Assembly: GCA_027053075.1 (NCBI GenBank)
Contig: JALUEE010000095.1
Coordinates: 1-27,360 of the forward strand
Origin: a candidate division WOR-3 bacterium
GTDB taxonomy: Bacteria; Hydrothermota; Hydrothermia; B15-G9; WFZT01
Direction: 5' to 3'
DNA: 27,360 nt
Below the pieces are notes generated by a model. The model saw only the letters and a list, made by a program, of their open reading frames with translations. It searched no databases and was not told the DNA's origin. The first letter of the stretch is position 1. Every line of letters begins with the position of its first letter. The translations under genes were made by a program, and so were the position numbers. Shown here piece after piece: positions 1 to 9,639 of this stretch.

Positions 1-1099
1 TAAGGTGCTGAGGGACTTCTTCCCTCGGATAGTTTTTCACGACTTCATGAGCCTTTTTCAGGGCTCTGTAAACGGTATTGGATTTTGGTGCAGTTGCAAG
101 ATATAAAACAGCTTCCGAGATTATCAGGTCCCCCTCGGGCCTGCCCACCATTTCAAAGGCTGTGAGTGCAGATGAAGCAACCACAAGCGCCATAGGATCA
201 GCAAGCCCGATGTCCTCGGCAGAATGTATGAGAACACGTCTTAATATATACCGTGGGTCCTCACCGGATTCAAGGATTCGCACCATCCAGTACATGGCTG
301 CATCCGGGTCAGAACCACGTATGGATTTTATGAATGCGGAAATCATGTCATAGTGCTCGTCCCCGGTACGATCATAATGAAAGGTATGGGTGAGAATTGC
401 ATCAACATCATTTTCGTCAATATGCTGTTTCCCTGCGATAATAGAAACCAGCTCCAGATAGTTGAGTGCCCTTCGCGCGTCCCCCTCTGCGGCAATGGCT
501 ATCTTTTCAAGGGCACCTTCAGTGAAGGTGAGTCTGAGTTTGCCGATGCCCCGCTCCTCATCTTTTACTGCACGTTCCATTATTGTTTTAAGTTCATCCA
601 CCTTCAAGGGCTTGAATTCAAAAACCAGGGTTCTTGAAATCAGTGCCTTGGAAATGGCAAAAAATGGATTTTGGACAGTGGAGCCCAGGAAAGTCAAAGA
701 CCCCCTTTCAACTGATGGGAGTAAATACTCCTGCTGCAGCCTGTTGAATCTGTGAACCTCGTCAACAAACAGAACGGCTCTATTGCCGGTCATCTGGTAG
801 TGCTTTTCGGCAAACGAGATTTTCTTTTTTAATTCAGAGACATTGGACTCAACCGCATTGATATAAACAAACGGAGACTTTGTGCGGTTTGCAATAATTT
901 TTGCAAGTGAGGATTTACCCGTTCCGGGAGGCCCATAGAAGATGGCAGAAATCAAGCGGTCTTCTTCAATGAGCTTCCTCAGGGGCCTGCCCTCTCCGAG
1001 GATGTGCTCCTGCCCCACAAACTCATCAAGGGTTTGAGGCAACATCCTTTTGGCAAGGGGAGCAATCCCGCCCTGTTTTTTAACTCCAAAAAGATCCAA
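1..1099 (-). CDS. rarA: Replication-associated recombination protein A (MgsA/RarA AAA+ ATPase), 3' end runs off the window
   Basis: Not in the ORF track. Manual translation from TTG at 1099 (SD AGGAGGTG at 1107-1114) gives MDLFGVKKQGGIAPLAKRMLPQTLDEFVGQEHILGEGRPLRKLI..., Walker A YGPPGTGKS, Walker B LFVDEVHRFN, and ISAFIKSIRGSDPDAAMYWM, all typical of RarA. Confidence 0.93.
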   Translation of the reverse strand, partial: MDLFGVKKQGGIAPLAKRMLPQTLDEFVGQEHILGEGRPLRKLIEEDRLISAIFYGPPGTGKSSLAKIIANRTKSPFVYINAVESNVSELKKKISFAEKHYQMTGNRAVLFVDEVHRFNRLQQEYLLPSVERGSLTFLGSTVQNPFFAISKALISRTLVFEFKPLKVDELKTIMERAVKDEERGIGKLRLTFTEGALEKIAIAAEGDARRALNYLELVSIIAGKQHIDENDVDAILTHTFHYDRTGDEHYDMISAFIKSIRGSDPDAAMYWMVRILESGEDPRYILRRVLIHSAEDIGLADPMALVVASSALTAFEMVGRPEGDLIISEAVLYLATAPKSNTVYRALKKAHEVVKNYPREEVPQHL

Positions 1100-1124
1100 T
1101 TATTTTCACCTCCTAAAAACAAAA

Positions 1125-1397
1125 TCATCTAACTTCCTCTAATTTTTCGAGCATCCTTTTGATGCTCTCTTCATGAAATTTTAGTTCTTCTTTGTTTTTA
1201 TAGCACTCTATCGAGGCGTTTAAAAATGCAATCAATACCGTTGCCACACGGCTGAAGTGCTCTGAAGACCTCATTGCCTCTTCAGCTTCCCTTATCCAGT
1301 CCTCGATGTACTCCTTTATCTTCTCCAATTCATTTGGCTCGAGGTCTGCCTTCACAGGAATTTCCATATCGTAAATTTTCAGGTGCGCCTCGCTCAT
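1125..1397 (-). CDS. zapA: Cell division protein ZapA family
   Basis: 90 aa. N-terminal beta motif (LKIYDMEIPV), helix 'LEKIKEYIEDWIRE', 'VLIAFLNAS' (cf. AALN motif) and a C-terminal coiled coil. The position downstream of pheT is the common synteny. Confidence 0.75.
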   Translation of the reverse strand: MSEAHLKIYDMEIPVKADLEPNELEKIKEYIEDWIREAEEAMRSSEHFSRVATVLIAFLNASIECYKNKEELKFHEESIKRMLEKLEEVR

Positions 1398-1600
1398 GAT
1401 CTCTCAAACATTGAAAGTTTAATGGAAATTCTATTCAACTCTTTTTCAAGTTTATTCACAGTCCTAACAAGTTTTTCTTTCTGGCGCTGAAGATTGTCTT
1501 TCTCTTCACGCAATTTTTCATTCTCGTGCCGTAGCTCTTTTATCTCGTTAATCAGCTCTTCGATCCTCTGGTCCAGTTTTTTCAAAAGCTCACGCGACAT
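1394..1600 (-). CDS. ZapB-like short coiled-coil protein
   Basis: All-helical heptad protein (LKKLDQRIEELINEIKELRHENEKLREE) between pheT and zapA, overlapping both. The start may be 1600 or 1606. Confidence 0.65.
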   Translation of the reverse strand: MSRELLKKLDQRIEELINEIKELRHENEKLREEKDNLQRQKEKLVRTVNKLEKELNRISIKLSMFERS

Positions 1601-3956
1601 CGTCAATTCCTCTAACCTGATAGCCCGAATTTTTCAAAAGAGCAATAAGCTTTTCAAATTCCCTGTCAACCTCTTCGTCGCTCAGGGTTCTTTCCTCAGA
1701 CTGAAATTCAAGAGTAAATGTTAAACTCTTTTTGCCCTGAGGTAAAGGCTTTCCTGTATAAATATCCAGGAGCCTGAAATTGCGCAAAAGTGGCGATTTG
1801 AAGCTCGATATAAGCTTCTCAAGTTCAACGTAAGGAGTATCAATATCCGCAAGGATAGAAATATCTCTTTTGACTGCTGGAAAGACAGGGAATGACTTGA
1901 ACTTCTTATCTTTAATCTCTATATCTTTAAGCGAGAGCTCCAGCACGTATACATTGTCCTTTATGTCATAAAGCTTTGCGACATTGCTTCCGAGTTCACC
2001 GATAAATCCCGCGTCTTTGCCGTTAATTAAGACCCTTGCCCCGATAGTAAGATAATCAGACTCAATGGGTTTGAGCTCGTAGTCAAATCCAAATTCCTCG
2101 GATAGGGCATCCAGAATGGCTTTCAGGTCGTAGTAATCAACCGGTGTCTCGGGATTGAATGGGCTTTTCGGATATTTCCCGGTCATCATTATACATATGC
2201 GCTCATCCTCAATGGGAAGCTTATCCGGGCCCTGCCAGAGAAATGCCTTCCCAGCCTCAAATACCCGAATTGGTGTGAGCCCACGACGCCAGTTGGTAGA
2301 GACCACCTGCACCACGCTCATGGAGAGCATGGGTCGCATAAATTCGTAGGACTCGTTAACTGGATTCTTGATCTTTACGGCATCTTTTTCGTCAAATTTG
2401 AACGCCCTGAGTTCTTTCTTCCCTACAAACTCAATGGTTTTTACCTCGTATAAGCCCAGTCTAATGAGGAAATCACGGAGAGAATCGCTCTTCTTGCGAA
2501 GTTTTCTGCCAACAAGTTCGCCTGAGGTGGAAATAATTTTGCCGGGTATATTGTCGTACCCGTAAATCCTCGCCACCTCTTCCACAAGATCAGCTGGAAG
2601 TGATATATCCTGCCTCCTCGTTGGGACCAAAACGTCGAATCCTTCGGGATTTTTGTGAACGGTAAAGCCAAGATTTTCGAAAATTTCCACCACCTTTTCC
2701 TGAGGAATGTGGTAACCGAGTAACCTGTCCAGATAAGATTCCTTAAGGAAAATCCTTGCAGGCTTAATTTCAAGGTAGTTGACATCGTTGATAGGCCCGA
2801 CCTTCCCACCGGCAATTTCAGTGATCAGTCGTGCAATTCTATTGGATGCGAGGGGTGGAAGCTCCGGGTCAACCTTTCTTTCAAATCTGTACGAGGCCTC
2901 GGTAGTGAGCTTGAGAGTCATTGAGCCTTTTCTTATGGTCGCAGGACTGAAATATGCAGCCTCAATCAACAAATCCTGCGTTTCATCTTTTACACCGGAT
3001 TCTTCTCCACCCATGATTCCACCAATGGCTACTGGTTTTTCTTTATCAGCGATTACAAGAACATCCTCTGTTAATTCTCTTTCAACTCCGTCAAGGGTGA
3101 CAAATTTCTCACCGGGTTTTGCGTAACGGACAACGATTTTCTCATCTAATTTTGCAAGGTCAAAGGCGTGAATGGGCTCACCGAGCTCAAACAGCACATA
3201 GTTTGTGATGTCCACGATGTTATTGATAGGTCTTTGACCGATAAGGGCAAGTCTGTATCGCATCCAGTGGGGGGAGGGACCAACTTTTACGCCCTTAATA
3301 ATTCTCGCCGTGTATCTTGGACACCCGTCTTTTGCGACAATTTCAACGGGAAAGGTGCCGATCTCTGGTGTTTCCTCTATGCCCACCTTTGGAGGTATGA
3401 GCTCAAAGCCGGTTTTTGCCTTAATGTCCTGCGCTATACCAATATACCCTAAGAGGTCTCCTCTGTTGTGGGTTATTTCGAGATCGTATAGATAATCGTC
3501 CATCTGCAGGTAGGAAAGTGGTGACTCACCTGGTTTCATGTCCTTCGGCAGCTCAATAATTGTTTCTGAGTGATCAGCCAGTCCGAGCTCTTCTTCAGAG
3601 AGCGGCATACCGTAGGACTTTACGCCTTTAATTTCACGCTCTCCAATCTCCATGCCGTTGGGAAGAACAGTGCCAGGTAGGGCCTGAACCACCTTCATTC
3701 CCTCATAAAGTCCTGGGGCACCTGAGACGACCTGAATGGTATCATCGCCCACAAAGATTTCAAGGATTTTCAAGTTTTTTGATTTTGGGTGATCTTTAAT
3801 GGAAACGATTTCGCCGACGACCAATTTGTCGAGGCCTTCGCCAAGATATTTATACTCCTCAACCGGTATGCCAAGAGAATCAAGGAGTTCTACGAGCTCT
3901 TCAGGGCCGACTTTAAGGTCAATGTAATCTTTAAGCCAGTTGTAGAGTATTTTCAT
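1590..3956 (-). CDS. pheT: Phenylalanyl-tRNA synthetase beta subunit
   Basis: 788 aa with MKILYNWLKDY, the OB-fold tRNA-binding domain, 'LEITHNRGD', 'NNIVDITNYV', 'DLVEEVARIYGY' and the FDX-ACB C-terminus 'FPAVKRDIS'. Confidence 0.98.
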   Translation of the reverse strand: MKILYNWLKDYIDLKVGPEELVELLDSLGIPVEEYKYLGEGLDKLVVGEIVSIKDHPKSKNLKILEIFVGDDTIQVVSGAPGLYEGMKVVQALPGTVLPNGMEIGEREIKGVKSYGMPLSEEELGLADHSETIIELPKDMKPGESPLSYLQMDDYLYDLEITHNRGDLLGYIGIAQDIKAKTGFELIPPKVGIEETPEIGTFPVEIVAKDGCPRYTARIIKGVKVGPSPHWMRYRLALIGQRPINNIVDITNYVLFELGEPIHAFDLAKLDEKIVVRYAKPGEKFVTLDGVERELTEDVLVIADKEKPVAIGGIMGGEESGVKDETQDLLIEAAYFSPATIRKGSMTLKLTTEASYRFERKVDPELPPLASNRIARLITEIAGGKVGPINDVNYLEIKPARIFLKESYLDRLLGYHIPQEKVVEIFENLGFTVHKNPEGFDVLVPTRRQDISLPADLVEEVARIYGYDNIPGKIISTSGELVGRKLRKKSDSLRDFLIRLGLYEVKTIEFVGKKELRAFKFDEKDAVKIKNPVNESYEFMRPMLSMSVVQVVSTNWRRGLTPIRVFEAGKAFLWQGPDKLPIEDERICIMMTGKYPKSPFNPETPVDYYDLKAILDALSEEFGFDYELKPIESDYLTIGARVLINGKDAGFIGELGSNVAKLYDIKDNVYVLELSLKDIEIKDKKFKSFPVFPAVKRDISILADIDTPYVELEKLISSFKSPLLRNFRLLDIYTGKPLPQGKKSLTFTLEFQSEERTLSDEEVDREFEKLIALLKNSGYQVRGIDDVA

Positions 3957-3958
3957 GA

Positions 3959-4927
3959 TTAAAGCTCCTTGATAAATCTGAGGTCATTTTCGTAGAAGAG
4001 CCTTATGTCATCAATTCCGTATTTTATCATGGCAATACGATCTGGGCCGAGTCCAAAAGCGTAGCCAGTCCATTCCTCTGGGTCGTAACCCACGGCTTCG
4101 AAGACTTTAGGATGAACCATCCCGGCTCCGAGGATCTCCAGCCAGCCTTCTCCCCAGTTGACAAGCACCTCGGTTGATGGTTCTGTAAACGGGAAGTACG
4201 AGGGGAGAAACCTGATCCTCGTCTGGGGCCCAAAGAGTTCCCTTGTAAACATCTCAAGGGTTGCTTTTAGATCGGCAAATGAAACGTTTTTATCCACATA
4301 AAGCCCTTCAGCCTGGAAGAATGCAGGGGCGTGCGAAGCATCGAATGGGTCCTTGCGATAGACTCTGCCCGGATGGAAAACCTTCAGTGGCGGCTTTCGG
4401 CTTTCCATTGTTCTTATCTGCACTGGTGAAGTGTGGGTACGAAGTAGCATTTTATCAGTTATAAAAAGTGTGCTCCACATGTCGCGGGAAGGGTGATATT
4501 CAGGGATATTTAAAGCCTCAAAGTTATAGTATTCCCATTCTATTTCAGGTCCGTCAACAATTTCGAATCCCAGTCCCACGGCAATTTCCACCAGCTCTTC
4601 CATGACTTTGATGAGTGGATGTTTCTTACCTGCAATGAGGGGCTTACCAGGGAGTGTTAGGTCAAATTTCCTTGATTTTTCCTTCTTTTCCAGCTTTTCC
4701 CGTGCTTCTTTGATAAGGTTTTGAATCTCTACCTTGAGTGTGTTGACCGCCTGCCCGAAAGCCTTTCTATCTTCAGGAGCTACCTCTTTAATTTTTTTAA
4801 GGAGATTGGTTATCTCTCCCTTTTTCCCGAGGTATCTAATTCTCAGGTCATCGAGCTCTTTAAGGGAGGATATTTTATTAAACTCATCTTTGAACTTTTT
4901 CCTTATTTCATCAACTTTCTTGACCAA
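3959..4927 (-). CDS. pheS: Phenylalanyl-tRNA synthetase alpha subunit
   Basis: 'YLGKKG', 'NFEALNIPEYHPSRD', 'LLRTHTSPVQIR', 'YFPFTEPS', 'GAGMVHP'. TTG start with SD AAGGAGGT. Confidence 0.98.
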   Translation of the reverse strand: MVKKVDEIRKKFKDEFNKISSLKELDDLRIRYLGKKGEITNLLKKIKEVAPEDRKAFGQAVNTLKVEIQNLIKEAREKLEKKEKSRKFDLTLPGKPLIAGKKHPLIKVMEELVEIAVGLGFEIVDGPEIEWEYYNFEALNIPEYHPSRDMWSTLFITDKMLLRTHTSPVQIRTMESRKPPLKVFHPGRVYRKDPFDASHAPAFFQAEGLYVDKNVSFADLKATLEMFTRELFGPQTRIRFLPSYFPFTEPSTEVLVNWGEGWLEILGAGMVHPKVFEAVGYDPEEWTGYAFGLGPDRIAMIKYGIDDIRLFYENDLRFIKEL

Positions 4928-4941
4928 TTTCGGACCTCCTT

Positions 4942-4986
4942 AAAATAAACGGAGGCCCAAGCTTACTCTGAAGCCGGGGCCTCCGT
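4942..4986 (-). terminator. Intrinsic terminator-like hairpin between rplT and pheS
   Basis: Minus strand ACGGAGGCCC-CGGCTT-CAGAGT-AAGCTT-GGGCCTCCGT (perfect 10-bp outer stem plus an inner stem), followed by TTATTTT. Confidence 0.75.
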
Positions 4987-5007
4987 GGTTTTCAAAAATT
5001 TTAAAAC

Positions 5008-5364
5008 TCAGGCTTCTATGGCACTTTTAGCAATATTTGCAAGCTCTTTAAAAGCATCTTTGTCATTAACAGCCAATTCAGCCAGAATTTGTCTATTGAG
5101 CTTTACCCCGGCCTTTTTCAGGCCGTAAATAAATCGAGAATAACTCAACCCCTCTTCTCTTGCGGCAGCATTAATTCTTGTGATCCAGAGCCTTCTGAAA
5201 TCTCCCTTTTTATCCTTTCTGTGTGCGTAGGAGTACTGGAGAGATTTTATGACAGCTTCCTTTGCTTTCCTGAAGGTACTCGACTTCTGGCCATAGTATC
5301 CCTTTGCCGCATTCCTGATCTTCTTATGCTTATGCCTTCTAACTGTCCCTGTCTTAACTCGCAT
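5008..5364 (-). CDS. rplT: 50S ribosomal protein L20
   Basis: MRVKTG...AKGYYG...[18 protein letters not shown]...[24 protein letters not shown]. Confidence 0.98.
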   Translation of the reverse strand: MRVKTGTVRRHKHKKIRNAAKGYYGQKSSTFRKAKEAVIKSLQYSYAHRKDKKGDFRRLWITRINAAAREEGLSYSRFIYGLKKAGVKLNRQILAELAVNDKDAFKELANIAKSAIEA

Positions 5365-5395
5365 TTTCTTCCTCCCTTTAATTCAGGTGGTTCTT

Positions 5396-5425
5396 ATTAT
5401 ACCTTACCCCCAAATCTCGTGTCAA
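5396..5425 (-). promoter_or_regulatory. Consensus sigma70 promoter for rplT
   Basis: Minus strand TTGACA (5425-5420), 18-bp spacer, TATAAT (5401-5396), ~30 nt before the rplT ATG. Confidence 0.85.
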
Positions 5426-5534
5426 TTTAAATTGACAGGTGTTTATTGATTTTTAGCTTATTACTACTGCAGAAGAGAGTTTCTGTTACAAAGGTATAGG
5501 GATGATTTTCATCTTATATTGACAAAAATATTTT

Positions 5535-7841
5535 TCATCGTAATCTTACGAAAATCTTGTTTAAATTTCCTATTACCATTGGATGTTGATCGCGGTTGTA
5601 TAGTTTACCCGCTGTATATGAAACTTCACTTTCCAGATAGTTCTGTAGTTCACTCAAGGTTATTTTTCTGTCTTTATTACCGTCAGCCTCTCCTCTTATA
5701 CCCTTCAAAAAATAATATGTAAATAAAGAATGCCTTTTCTGAGGATACCAGGAAGCAATCTCTCCCGTTGTATCTGTTGCTGTTATTATCGTGAAATTTG
5801 ATGGCAACTTCTTTGACTTAAAAACAGGAACAACCCCGAGAGGTGACGCCCTCGCTATCAGCATCCCTCTCTGTGAACCGCCCGAAAAACACGCATCTAT
5901 TATTATGTTAATACTTCTTGCCGGCAGCTTGCTTAAATTTTTATAAAATAGGTCAAGGGGATAACCACTCAAGGCAATATAACTTGGATTGGCATCCACA
6001 GGTACAAAATATGCTGACCTTGTTGCAGGGTCAGGCGCCCCATGTCCTGCGTAATAAATATAAATATCGGGATTAGAGCCTTTCCTTATTAACCTGTAGA
6101 GTTTCCCCCTATAATCCTTACCTGTTCCAAACCACACTTCAAAATCAACCTTTTTCGCATTCTTCACAAAATAAATATTCCTTTCTGGTATTCCAAATGT
6201 TCTTTTAAAATATTCCTTAACTATTTCGCCATCATGAATGGCATAGTCAACTGGAGGAACATCTGAATGTTCGTAGTTTTTATTTGATATAACTATCCCT
6301 ATTGCATTTGATCTACTGTACCCAACAGGTATGTTTTCATCAACATCCACTATACCACCACTTTTCACCATAAACTCCGCTCCAAATTCACCCTCACCAT
6401 TGATTCCCTTTCTTGACTTTATCACATATTCCTTTCTCAATTCTCTACCGATTGGAAAGTCTAACTCCTTCTCCACATTCCACAACCCCGTTGCTTCCTC
6501 TATTCTAACATCTATAGCCATATTCTTTCTGCTATATCCAGAAGGCACAAAAAACACAAGCGTCCCTTCAACCTCACCTCCCGGTGGCAAATTCCCCAAC
6601 TTGTCTTCGCTTTTAATCATTCTTATTTTTCCATTCTTTGGAGTTCCTAATATCTCAACATCCCTTGCCTCTCCTTTCCCTACATTTTTTACTTTCAGAT
6701 GCAACTCTATTTGTTCTCTCGGTTGTATAATGCCGTCACCATTTCCCACAGACAAACCGACGTTATCATCATCTATAGATGCTATTACTCTGAAAGACGG
6801 AGGTAAAGGGGCATGGGTATAGAACTTCACTACCACTGGTTCTGGTGAATATTCTCCTGCATCTACCATTAATCTTATACTTTTCTCCCCTGTCTTAACT
6901 TTTAACGGAATCTTGAAACTTATACTTTTCTCAATTTCCTCTCCTTTCTTGATCTCTCCAATCTTGATATTCCTGTTTATGAATCCTGTAATCCTGAGTT
7001 TTACATTATATGCATTACCTTTTCCTGTATTAGCTATTTTGAGTTTCACATATGCATTTTCACCTGCAGAGAATATACCATCTTCATCACTATCTGTGAC
7101 TTTCACTTCCTTTATCTCGAGAAAAGGGGGAAGCTGGGTGTAAGGAGATTCACGTTGAGATTTTGTTTTCAAAACATATACATCATAATCAAGATACTTA
7201 TATGAGTATATGCAACCTGCAACTACTATATTCCCACCATCGAATGTCTGTAGTGAATAGATTTTCTCACCGTCGACCCCTCCAAGAACTTTCTCCCATA
7301 TTTTATCCCCTTCCTTGTCGAGTTTTAAGATATATACATCATATCCGCCTGCTCCATAAGATACTGCCCAACCTGCGACTACTATACTCCCATCGTCTAA
7401 TACCTGGAGAGCATTAGCCCTATCATCCTTAATTCCTCCAAAAGTCTTTTCCCATATCTTATTGCCATCCTTGTCAAGTTTTAAAACATATACGTCAAAA
7501 TCATATCCATTTGATCTATATGACATTGTCCAACCTGCGACTACAATACTCTCGTCAGCTAATACCTGAAGGGCATTCGCCCAATCATCCTTAATTCCTC
7601 CAAAAGTCTTTTCCCATATTTTGTTCCCGTCTCTATCAATTTTTACAACATACACATCCTGTCCACCTGCACCGTAAGACTCTGTCCAACCTGCAACCAC
7701 TATGCTCCCATCAGGTAATACCTTAAGGGCATTAGCCACATCATCTTTATTTCCACCATAAGTTTTCTGCCACACAAGTTCCTGGGCATTCAAAATACAC
7801 GCTGCCAATATTAACACTAAAATTGCCCTTACTTTACTCAT
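5535..7841 (-). CDS. Exported caspase-like (peptidase C14 family) protein: signal peptide, 4 beta-propeller repeats, 2 Ig-like domains, caspase domain
   Basis: Likely start MSKVRAILVLILAACILNA (ATG 7841, SD GAGGTG). Four ~49-aa W[QE]KT[YF]GG repeats. Dyad YYAGHG ... IIDACFSG. EF-hand-like DGNKDRKITLSEL. Confidence 0.85.
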   Translation of the reverse strand: MSKVRAILVLILAACILNAQELVWQKTYGGNKDDVANALKVLPDGSIVVAGWTESYGAGGQDVYVVKIDRDGNKIWEKTFGGIKDDWANALQVLADESIVVAGWTMSYRSNGYDFDVYVLKLDKDGNKIWEKTFGGIKDDRANALQVLDDGSIVVAGWAVSYGAGGYDVYILKLDKEGDKIWEKVLGGVDGEKIYSLQTFDGGNIVVAGCIYSYKYLDYDVYVLKTKSQRESPYTQLPPFLEIKEVKVTDSDEDGIFSAGENAYVKLKIANTGKGNAYNVKLRITGFINRNIKIGEIKKGEEIEKSISFKIPLKVKTGEKSIRLMVDAGEYSPEPVVVKFYTHAPLPPSFRVIASIDDDNVGLSVGNGDGIIQPREQIELHLKVKNVGKGEARDVEILGTPKNGKIRMIKSEDKLGNLPPGGEVEGTLVFFVPSGYSRKNMAIDVRIEEATGLWNVEKELDFPIGRELRKEYVIKSRKGINGEGEFGAEFMVKSGGIVDVDENIPVGYSRSNAIGIVISNKNYEHSDVPPVDYAIHDGEIVKEYFKRTFGIPERNIYFVKNAKKVDFEVWFGTGKDYRGKLYRLIRKGSNPDIYIYYAGHGAPDPATRSAYFVPVDANPSYIALSGYPLDLFYKNLSKLPARSINIIIDACFSGGSQRGMLIARASPLGVVPVFKSKKLPSNFTIITATDTTGEIASWYPQKRHSLFTYYFLKGIRGEADGNKDRKITLSELQNYLESEVSYTAGKLYNRDQHPMVIGNLNKIFVRLR

Positions 7842-8021
7842 GACTATCACCTCGATTTTATAAACACCTGATCCATATTTTCCATGCACCAAAAGCTTTT
7901 GGAAAACAATATGTTATTATAAATTTGTGACCATGTGGCTTAATACTGTCTGGACTTACATTTGCTGATATCAAGCATCTCTTGCAGGCAGAGCCGATAC
8001 CGAGTTTACTTTTTGATTTCC

Positions 8022-9473
8022 TCACAATTTCCAGCCTCCTACATCTAAAGAAACATTCCTCTTGATTTCTTCCAAGGCTTTCTTCTTAGCTATAGAAACG
8101 CTACCTGCACTTTTTACTACTTCATATGACCTCTGAAGCACTTCACCCTTTCCTCTCTTAGATATCGTCACTCTTACTTTTATGGAAACCTGATGAAATA
8201 GAGTCCCCCAGTAATCCTTGTCTTTTTCTGTTTCCCTCGAGCTGATAGTCAATTGGTATTCCCATCTTTCGGGATTGATCACCATCCATGAACCCAATTT
8301 CTTTTGTATCACTTCAAGCACTCTTTGACTCAATTCGCTTCCGTCTGTCTTGACCATAAAGAAAGCCTGCTCTTTCTTGTGGCTATATACCAGAACCAGT
8401 GATTTATTTTTGAGTGAATATAAACCATCGAGCAATGAGGGGAACGCCTTTAACTCCTCTTCCAGGTCGTTCCCAATATATGGTTTAACCATAAGCTTAA
8501 TTTTACCGGAATAACTTGGTGAAACTGTTAGGTTAGAATAGGCAATCCCCTCCTTATTTGTGGAAACAATATCTGGAGAAACCCTTCCAGAGCCTTCTAT
8601 TACCTTGAATCTAATCCTAAATCCTTGAACGGGAATGTTATTACCAAATACGACTTTTGCTCCAACCTTCGCGTTATTCTTTTTACCAAGGTCCCACTGG
8701 TTTGATTTCAGTGACTGTAAATCTATTCCATACAAGATACTATTGATTTTCCTATCAAAGTTAATACCAAATTTTTCGGCTCTCCATCCAACTCTTCTTG
8801 CGGTTTCATATCCTGTAAGTAAAATGTTTAACCCCGGCATTATTTTGCCCTTATTCACAAGTTCTAAGCCTGTTTTGTAGGCCTTCAGCATTGTTGCTAT
8901 AAGAGTATCAATTTTTGCCTGAAGAGTTTTCCTGTAGTTCTCAACTTCCTCTTCAGGATACAATGTTAGAACCCACACTTTGTAAAACCTTTTCCATCCC
9001 TCAGGGGTGTATCTTTTCCATGCCTCGACATAAACATTACTTGTGAATAATCTGTTAACCACAGCCTTTGATTCTGAACTCACAACTTTTGTCTCAATCA
9101 CCTCGGGATTGATGATCTCTGATGCCAGTTGATTTACTTTCGTGACTCCTCTGTATTCAACGCTTATTCTATTGTTTAAGTATTGTGCAATTTTGGAAGC
9201 TGCATCCCTGTATGCAATATTCTCCGCAACGGCTTCATCCGAATAGTTCTCCGCAACTCCACGAAAAGGAATAAATCCTTTGTATTCATTTTTTCGCTCC
9301 CGCAAAAATCTTCCCCAATCAGTAACCCATAATGGTTTCTGGCTTGGATAGCTTTCAACAAGTTTCTCCTCACCCAAGCTCACTCTTGCAGCCCTTTTCG
9401 CCTGCCTCGGCCCTACGCAGGATGATAGAAATAGGATTATACCTAAGAAAATTAATCTGTGGCCTGTTTTCAT
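8022..9473 (-). CDS. Lipoprotein with LPP20-like N-terminal domain and invasin/Big_1-like Ig domain
   Basis: Lipobox ILFLSS-C after MKTGHR. 'KPLWV...FRGVA...AENIAYRDAASKIAQYL' is shared with the 20192 and 20863 lipoproteins. 'GSGRVSPDIVSTNKEGIA' is Big_1-like. The start may be 9491. Confidence 0.65.
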   Translation of the reverse strand: MKTGHRLIFLGIILFLSSCVGPRQAKRAARVSLGEEKLVESYPSQKPLWVTDWGRFLRERKNEYKGFIPFRGVAENYSDEAVAENIAYRDAASKIAQYLNNRISVEYRGVTKVNQLASEIINPEVIETKVVSSESKAVVNRLFTSNVYVEAWKRYTPEGWKRFYKVWVLTLYPEEEVENYRKTLQAKIDTLIATMLKAYKTGLELVNKGKIMPGLNILLTGYETARRVGWRAEKFGINFDRKINSILYGIDLQSLKSNQWDLGKKNNAKVGAKVVFGNNIPVQGFRIRFKVIEGSGRVSPDIVSTNKEGIAYSNLTVSPSYSGKIKLMVKPYIGNDLEEELKAFPSLLDGLYSLKNKSLVLVYSHKKEQAFFMVKTDGSELSQRVLEVIQKKLGSWMVINPERWEYQLTISSRETEKDKDYWGTLFHQVSIKVRVTISKRGKGEVLQRSYEVVKSAGSVSIAKKKALEEIKRNVSLDVGGWKL

Positions 9474-9639
9474 AATTGATTCTCTAAGCATGTTCGAAAA
9501 AATCCCAAATTATGGAAATTTCCCTTTCTTTCCCCACGGGATATGGTAAAATTCTGAATCAGAGAATATTTTATGAGAGACATTCTCGCTCTCATTACAC
9601 ACTCTCATGTTCAATAATTAGACTGACATTAATTTTCCT

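Noticed and set aside
78..755. Plus-strand ORFs at the window start
   Set aside because: Antisense to the clear rarA frame.
1100..1124. 6S RNA, often found downstream of zapA
   Set aside because: Only ~25 nt separate zapA and rarA.
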